A stretch of DNA of 59,619 nt from Euryarchaeota archaeon UBA486. Its GTDB lineage: Archaea; Thermoplasmatota; Poseidoniia; Poseidoniales; Poseidoniaceae. Where the stretch lies: NCBI GenBank assembly GCA_002497765.1, contig DAET01000070.1:1-59619 (forward strand), in the 5' to 3' direction. Below, in pieces: positions 53,781-59,619 of the stretch (within the stretch, counting starts at the first letter, position 1; each line of letters begins with the position of its first letter). The position numbers and the translations under genes are program-made. The notes under the pieces are model-generated. The model was not told the DNA's origin. It searched no databases and was given only the letters and a program-made list of their open reading frames with translations.

Positions 53781-53880
53781 GAACTTCCGTGTCCTCGGGC
53801 GATGAATAAGGCCTTCGCGTTCGTTGTTTAGGCTGTGGCCCCGGAAGAACCCTTATTCGCCACGCAACCAACACAGCACC

Positions 53881-55704
53881 ATGCGAACCCATGCACCCAC
53901 GACGGCCCTTCTCCTCACCCTCTTGTTGTTGGGCCTCCCTCTTGCTGCAGCCCAAGCGCCCACCGATGGTGGAACGACCTCCATCACCGGTGCTGAGACA
54001 TGGACCGATGACGGCCACCTCAACGGCCACGTGGTCGTGGCCGACGGGGGTTCCTTGACGGTCAACGCGAACATGACCGTGGCGACCGGCTCGTCGATCA
54101 CGGTCGAAGAAGGCGGGCAGTTGGTGGTGACCAACGGCGCCCTTGTGAGCGACGACCTCAACGCTGGACTCATGGTCAACAGCATGTTTGCCACCATCAC
54201 GCTCAACTTTGGCGACCTCGCTGACGAAGGCGTGGTCCAACTGAAATTCGACCACGTTATCAACGCCGACTCCAAGTTCAACGTCACCATTGGGGACGAA
54301 ACGTTCAACCTTTCCGGAGAGCAACTCGCCCAGTTCAATGTCCCACTCAACGGGACCGACCTGGTGGTGTCCTTCGACTCGTATTACTTCACGCCAACTT
54401 ACGTCTTGTGGGCCAAGGCCATCTACGGTGGTGGGAACGCCGAGACCGTGCTGGCTCAAGACATGGACGCCTCCGATGCGCCCTTGTATTGGTTCCAATC
54501 CGGCTTTGACATCAACGCTCACGGCGACCTCTCCATCACCTCCAGCACCATCTCCGGAGCGAGCATTCACTGCGAATCGCTTTGCCGGTTCGACGGCACC
54601 GAACTGGTGGGCAGTGCTCCTGTTGATGCCGCCACCACCGCTTCCGTGGCCGTTCTTAACAGCATCATCAGCGGCTCTCGGTCGGACGAGGACATCATTC
54701 TTCACGACGGGGCCACCATCGACTACCAAAACAGCCAGGGGACCGGCGGAACCACCGATGCATGGATTCGTCTGCTCACCCAGCGCACCTTAAGCACCAA
54801 CATCCCGAACGGAAGTTTGGACATTTACGACATGGGATGGGGTGCAGCCGATTGGAACGACCTGACCGACGCCGATGGAAACGTGGTGCTGGTTGAACAG
54901 GGCGCCACCAACGAACACAAGCGCATCGTGGAATGGATGGACGGCAACGGTGTGGTCCAGCAAGAAGACGCCAGCATCACCTTGTCCATCACCAGCAGCT
55001 GGGGCGTGTTCTCAACGACCATTGACGCCCCCACCACCTCCTCAGCCACCGTCGAAGTTGACCTGCCGTTCGTTGAGGTGACCGCCGTTGCCCCCGAGGC
55101 CGATACCGCCTTCGCCAACAGCAGTGTTTCGGGCATGATCACGGTGGCGAACACCGGTGATGCGGCCGTCTCGGGCGTGAGCATATGGTGCTATGAAGGC
55201 GAGGATGTCGCCGACACCACGAACGTCGTGGTTAGCCTTGCACCTGGCGAAAGCAAGGATGTACCCTTCACGTGGTACGCCTACACCGCCGGTGAAGCGA
55301 CGTTGAACTGCAAGCCCTTGTTGCCCACCGCCCTCAACGACATCGCTGACGAAGTGGTCGACCTCACCGGTGCGACCTCGCCCGTGGTGGCCTGGGAATA
55401 CGCCGTTGAGGAAGAAGACGCACCCATCCTCATCTTCATCGCCGTAGCTGTCGGCTTCGTCGCTGTGGCCTTGTTCATCGCCGCTCAGCGCCGACCTGAA
55501 GAGAAATCATACACCATGCAACACGAGACCGACGAAGCCGTTGACAGCGCTGACGTCGAAGAGGGCGAAGATGAGTTGGACATCCACGAGACCGAATCGA
55601 CGGGAGTTGAAGAAGAGGAAGCAACCGAAGCCGCCGGCGAAGATGGTGAGGGCGAAGAAGCACCTACCAAGTCCATCTACGATCTTCAGCCCGATGACGA
55701 GTAA
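53881..55704 (+). CDS. Surface protein with CARDB-like domain, C-terminal TM and acidic tail
   Basis: Signal peptide from the ATG at 53881, CARDB-like VANTGDAAV...SLAPGESKDVPFTW, TM (ILIFIAVAVGFVAVALFIAA) and a Glu/Asp-rich tail. Confidence 0.82.
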   Translation: MRTHAPTTALLLTLLLLGLPLAAAQAPTDGGTTSITGAETWTDDGHLNGHVVVADGGSLTVNANMTVATGSSITVEEGGQLVVTNGALVSDDLNAGLMVNSMFATITLNFGDLADEGVVQLKFDHVINADSKFNVTIGDETFNLSGEQLAQFNVPLNGTDLVVSFDSYYFTPTYVLWAKAIYGGGNAETVLAQDMDASDAPLYWFQSGFDINAHGDLSITSSTISGASIHCESLCRFDGTELVGSAPVDAATTASVAVLNSIISGSRSDEDIILHDGATIDYQNSQGTGGTTDAWIRLLTQRTLSTNIPNGSLDIYDMGWGAADWNDLTDADGNVVLVEQGATNEHKRIVEWMDGNGVVQQEDASITLSITSSWGVFSTTIDAPTTSSATVEVDLPFVEVTAVAPEADTAFANSSVSGMITVANTGDAAVSGVSIWCYEGEDVADTTNVVVSLAPGESKDVPFTWYAYTAGEATLNCKPLLPTALNDIADEVVDLTGATSPVVAWEYAVEEEDAPILIFIAVAVGFVAVALFIAAQRRPEEKSYTMQHETDEAVDSADVEEGEDELDIHETESTGVEEEEATEAAGEDGEGEEAPTKSIYDLQPDDE

Positions 55705-55813
55705 GGCTAGCGAGTGTACTGGAAGATTGAACAGTCATTGTACTCTTGACCAATGTCTTGAGGGGTAGAACAGAACCCTTGCGATTGTATGGGAATGATA
55801 TGTCGGTTGAAGA

Positions 55814-56179
55814 TTATACAATCCCATTGAAATTGAAAACAAACCAAGCAATTGGTGCAATAATCACCACCATCCATACTGCGTACAACTTCAGAGAAAG
55901 CAATGCCCCATTTTTCGATAACAAGTTTCCTGACTTTTTCCCTCGAGAGTAGATGAATGCTGCTGATGATGGCCATACTACCGCGTGACCCATATGAAAT
56001 AACAATACAAAGGAAAAGAGAAGGCCGTGATCCAGCAGAAGAGATGTGTTGCCGAGTAAAACCATCAGAGACAAAAATGACCCCCCCAATCCAAGACAGA
56101 TTGGAGTCAATAGTCCATACCAATAACCACCGGTGTTTACTGTCTCTGTGTTGGGACTATCAGTAACCTCATCACTCAT
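55814..56179 (-). CDS. Small multi-pass membrane protein (AT-rich islet)
   Basis: 121 aa with three hydrophobic helices and AT-rich codon usage. Confidence 0.65.
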   Translation of the reverse strand: MSDEVTDSPNTETVNTGGYWYGLLTPICLGLGGSFLSLMVLLGNTSLLLDHGLLFSFVLLFHMGHAVVWPSSAAFIYSRGKKSGNLLSKNGALLSLKLYAVWMVVIIAPIAWFVFNFNGIV

Positions 56180-56376
56180 GATGATTCTACGGTGGCTTGT
56201 TTTGAATATAGTCTTTCACTTCACCCCATACAATACCCTGCGTCAGGGGCATGTCGGAAGGGTAGCGTCTGACAAGACCCGCTGCAAGCCCTTTGATCTG
56301 CCAAAATCTGAGCAATGGGTGTTAGGATAGGCCCTTTCATTATCCCCTGTTACGATTCGTCGACATTGGTGTTATT

Positions 56377-57162
56377 TTAGCGCAGTCCTCCCGAGAGGAT
56401 TGCGTTAATGTACACAACGATCGGCAGCGAGATCCATACAGCACTTCCATACATAAGTCCGGAGACAAATGGCTTCTTTTCGGTTTTCAGACCCCAGGCG
56501 ATGCCTGTTAAAATTAACATTGGCCAAAATGCGAAATTTAATTGGCGAAGAAGGGATTTTGCTTCGCCGTACGTATCGGAATAAGAGTATTCTATGAAGG
56601 TCGGGATGCCATAGTTTGTAGCGATTTCAACTGTGCCACCGGCGTTGATTTTGAGAAAAACCCCCTCTTGACAATCAAATTCTGGTGAATGGGACTCACA
56701 ATGCAACAAATCCATACGATGCCATGTATTTCCATTTTCAACATACGATTCGAAGGATTCCGACAAAGGACCGGCTGAATCGCCCCAAATTTCAGCAGTA
56801 ACTTGCCCCTTCGCAGTGTCTGCCTCAAACAAAAATTCCCAACATTTCCGGTTGCAGTCTGGGGGATAGTGGTCAGAAAATCCGCCGGTCATAATCATTG
56901 GACCATACACGCCGTATGTCGTATTGTTGAATTCAATGTTGGATTCAAGCGTAGGTGTGTAGACTGTGGAATGGAGTATTGAATGATCTCTGAATAGTAA
57001 AAACAAGAAAAATAGGGCTAATCCAGAAAAAATCCCAAGACAAAATCCGTCGAAGAAGGAGTAAGTTCTAGGAGAGGCGTCCCTTTGTTCTGTTTTTTGA
57101 ACAACCCCTAATTGAGTGTCAGACTCAATTAATGTAGCAAGGCTATCTACCTCGCTCTCCAT
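56377..57162 (-). CDS. Membrane protein with Cys-containing external loop domain (AT-rich islet)
   Basis: One N-terminal TM, a ~150-aa loop with four Cys, two C-terminal TMs, and AT-rich codon usage. Confidence 0.72.
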   Translation of the reverse strand: MESEVDSLATLIESDTQLGVVQKTEQRDASPRTYSFFDGFCLGIFSGLALFFLFLLFRDHSILHSTVYTPTLESNIEFNNTTYGVYGPMIMTGGFSDHYPPDCNRKCWEFLFEADTAKGQVTAEIWGDSAGPLSESFESYVENGNTWHRMDLLHCESHSPEFDCQEGVFLKINAGGTVEIATNYGIPTFIEYSYSDTYGEAKSLLRQLNFAFWPMLILTGIAWGLKTEKKPFVSGLMYGSAVWISLPIVVYINAILSGGLR

Positions 57163-57264
57163 GTTCCTACTAAATTTGAGAATTGATTAGAAACTTTCCT
57201 TTGAAATTTGTTTTTGCTAAATCAGAGAGGTTGCAGTGGGTTGAATCACTCTTCACTCAGTCGA

Positions 57265-58476
57265 TCAGCAGGTTTCGCCGACGCCCTCGCCCTTGGGAAC
57301 GCTGTTTTCGCCGTCCCCTGATTTGAGGTCGATGTTCCAACTGAATTCAGATGTGTAAACCGATTGGTCTCCGAGGGTGTTGGTGATGTCAACGGTGAAC
57401 GTGTAGCAACCGGCACTGGTGTAAAATTCAGACTTTTCAAGATAGTAAACGCCACTGTTATCAGTACCTGAGCCCGTAAGACCTAACCAACCGGCCGTCG
57501 AGCCACTTCCAGTACCGCCGCCTTGCGGAGCCCACGTGGCCATGTCGCCGTCAACGGTGATGAGACTCTCCGTCCACGTGTCGCCGCCGCTGACGGTGAC
57601 CTGAACCTGATAGTCAGCACTCATAGGGCGTAGCCCGACAGCAGAGAATCCGCCGCCGTTCTCAGCGTCTTCGTTTGGCCCGAGGAGACCAACAAGAACT
57701 TCCATTGTAATGCCCAAATACTCATCTGCATCGTCGCTGTCGTGGAGTTCAGCAATTCGAACGCCAGCGTTTTGGGCCTCACGGGTTGTGAAGCGGGTTG
57801 GAATCTTGATTTCACCCTCTTGACCGTTGGAGCCTACGCCCTTGATGACGTACTCTACGGCTTCGTTCCCGGCGTAATCTTCACCGTTGCCGGTAAAGAA
57901 ATCCGCAAGTGGAACTTTGAATTTCTTCATGTCGTTGCTGACATCGCCCGAATCCGCCCACATTTCGACGCCGTCTGCCTCGATGGAGACATCCACCGAA
58001 GACATGGTGCCTCGAACCTTGAAGGAAAGTTCGTTGGTGTCCTCGTTGAGTTCAACCTCCGAAATGGCCATGGAAGCGTTGGTGGGAACGAGCATAACAG
58101 CCGCGTAAGGCGTAGTGGCGATGAGTAGGGCCACGACGATGCTTGCACCGAGTTTGACCTGGTTGATGCTGCCCGTCATGCGTTCGGCTTGAACGATGGC
58201 ACCGATGCCGACCACCAATACGATGGCTACGACGGCCAAGCCCCATGCTCCACCTTGGAGGGAGAGAATGGCACCGAGCAAGATGATGACCCAGCCAGCA
58301 AGGCTGATTTTCGTGGCGACATCTGGAGAACCGGAGGCGTCGGACGTGGGCTGAAGGCTGCCAACTTGAGTGGAGGCGGTTGGTGCTGCAGCTGCGGCTT
58401 TCACAGGTGCGGGCTCTGCAGCAGCCTCGGTTTCAGGTTCTTTTGCAGCGTTCGCTTTGTCCAGTAATCCACTCAT
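57265..58476 (-). CDS. Membrane protein with N-terminal TM bundle and acidic extracellular beta domain
   Basis: MSGLLDKAN start, Ala/Pro linker, three TM helices and a Gly/Asp-rich C-terminal domain. Confidence 0.8.
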   Translation of the reverse strand: MSGLLDKANAAKEPETEAAAEPAPVKAAAAAPTASTQVGSLQPTSDASGSPDVATKISLAGWVIILLGAILSLQGGAWGLAVVAIVLVVGIGAIVQAERMTGSINQVKLGASIVVALLIATTPYAAVMLVPTNASMAISEVELNEDTNELSFKVRGTMSSVDVSIEADGVEMWADSGDVSNDMKKFKVPLADFFTGNGEDYAGNEAVEYVIKGVGSNGQEGEIKIPTRFTTREAQNAGVRIAELHDSDDADEYLGITMEVLVGLLGPNEDAENGGGFSAVGLRPMSADYQVQVTVSGGDTWTESLITVDGDMATWAPQGGGTGSGSTAGWLGLTGSGTDNSGVYYLEKSEFYTSAGCYTFTVDITNTLGDQSVYTSEFSWNIDLKSGDGENSVPKGEGVGETC

Positions 58477-58566
58477 GGTCAATCCCCGTTAACGCTGTGT
58501 TTCACGAACGGTGTTATCAATCCAACCCCTGTATGTGTCGCAGGGGACCCTTTTGCAGGGGGTGCA

Positions 58567-59502
58567 TCAAAGGCCGGGAGCGGACTCTCGCCAAGCCTCT
58601 TCGTCGCCTTCTTCGTCCGTGTTAAGGAACCGTCGTCCAGCAACAGCGCCGGCGAGGGCGATCATCGAGATGGCAGGAACCACTTCGAAGCCGGGGAGGT
58701 AGACGCCACGGACGTAGACCGTGATCATCTGGGACTCTCGGTTGCAGCCACCGTTTTGGCAGGCAAACTCTGACTCAGCGTAGAATTCGAGGACGTGGTA
58801 GGCATCGGACCAACCTTGGTTCTTGGGCGTTCGCACCATGATACGGGCGGTCTCAGGAGCGGTGTTTGGCTCAATGGTCACCACGTTTTGTGGGAGGTTG
58901 ACGGTGAAGCCGGCTTCTTCGAGGGTGTCTCGAGTGTTCTCGGTGACGCCGATCTTCATTCGGTCGATTTGGTTGCCGAAGTTGTAGACCTTGAACTGGA
59001 AGTTCTTGTCGGTCTTGGGCATGAGTTGGACGAACGGCTCAACGGCCTCGACCTGAACGATGCTGAACTGCATGATGTTGATCAGGGCGTTGACCTGAGA
59101 GGAAGCGGTGTTGGGTGGTGGCAGGTTGTTCAGTTCCTGAACCTGAGCCGAAACGGTCAGTTGACGAGACTGCATCTGCATGTAGGGGTTGGCCCGAACG
59201 ACGACTTGGAAGTCGACCTCTTGTCCGGCGCCGACGTACATATCACCGGGAGCAGCGGTGGCGAGGCCGTCGCTGGTGACTTGGATGGCGACCTTTTCGA
59301 CGTAGGCCGTCGGGTTGGACACCGTACAGGTGGTGTAACCGGTGAGGGTTGCACCTGGCTTCACCTCAACCTGAATTTGCCCGGGTGCGCAGGTCATGGA
59401 AACCGCAGCACCGGAGACTTGTGCGGAGGCAGGAACAGCCACCATCATGAGAGAACAGAAGTAGATTCCCAGCAAGGCCACGACTCGATTCAATGCCGAC
59501 AT
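58567..59502 (-). CDS. Secreted protein with PGF-like C-terminal sorting/anchor signal
   Basis: Signal peptide (…AVPASAQ), two Ig-like domains, and C-terminal LPGFEVVPAISMIALAGAVAGRR. Start at the ATG at 59502. Confidence 0.78.
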   Translation of the reverse strand: MSALNRVVALLGIYFCSLMMVAVPASAQVSGAAVSMTCAPGQIQVEVKPGATLTGYTTCTVSNPTAYVEKVAIQVTSDGLATAAPGDMYVGAGQEVDFQVVVRANPYMQMQSRQLTVSAQVQELNNLPPPNTASSQVNALINIMQFSIVQVEAVEPFVQLMPKTDKNFQFKVYNFGNQIDRMKIGVTENTRDTLEEAGFTVNLPQNVVTIEPNTAPETARIMVRTPKNQGWSDAYHVLEFYAESEFACQNGGCNRESQMITVYVRGVYLPGFEVVPAISMIALAGAVAGRRFLNTDEEGDEEAWRESAPGL

Positions 59503-59596
59503 TGTCTCACCTATCGTTCTTCCCAACCCCCCCCACCTCATAACCATTATGGGTCCGTTGTGCGAAACGAAGGCAACCTTGCGAGCCTGCCGTGTG

Positions 59597-59619
59597 TGGG
59601 CCCGAAGGGAGTTGAACCC
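59597..59619 (-). tRNA. tRNA 3' end (partial, truncated by window); possibly tRNA-Ile
   Basis: The reverse complement GGGTTCAACTCCCTTCGGGCCCA gives a T-arm (GGG-TTCAACT-CCC), an acceptor 3' strand CGGGCCC and discriminator A. CCA is not encoded. The anticodon is outside the window, so the identity is a guess. Confidence 0.8.

Noticed and set aside
55707-56123. 138-aa alternative minus-strand ORF in the islet
   Set aside because: It overlaps the more protein-like 55814..56179 membrane ORF in another frame and lacks coherent features.
55705-59619. tRNA-anchored integrative element
   Set aside because: There is no integrase, and I found no duplicated tRNA 3' end (att site) by eye. The genes next to the tRNA have native composition.

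Overview
This is a gene-dense, GC-rich archaeal chromosome segment. Its gene content (archaeal GluRS, RNase HII, uS15, ArcS, AglB, class III pilins, many giant acidic surface proteins) is most consistent with Marine Group II Euryarchaeota (Poseidoniales, Thermoplasmatota); this assignment is an inference. Housekeeping genes (rnhB, gltX, rps15, arcS, dnaJ, purD, a partial tRNA at the right edge) surround a ~38 kb cell-envelope region. That region holds a ~3185-aa AglB/STT3 oligosaccharyltransferase with a very long extracellular extension, and a candidate four-gene operon (giant Ca-binding repeat protein, giant adhesin-like protein, small protein, lipoprotein metalloprotease). It also holds a three-gene pilin-like operon whose third gene probably starts at a CTG codon missed by the ORF track, a wHTH-STAND-TPR ATPase, a beta-helix surface protein and a membrane-anchored subtilase. 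Other oddities are a pyroglutamyl-peptidase/Nudix fusion, a catalytically eroded RecJ/DHH-like gene behind rps15, recurring short cytoplasmic tail motifs on surface proteins, and an AT-rich two-gene islet. I saw no CRISPR array, rRNA, transposase or integrase. Family assignments come from motif recognition by eye, not from database searches.
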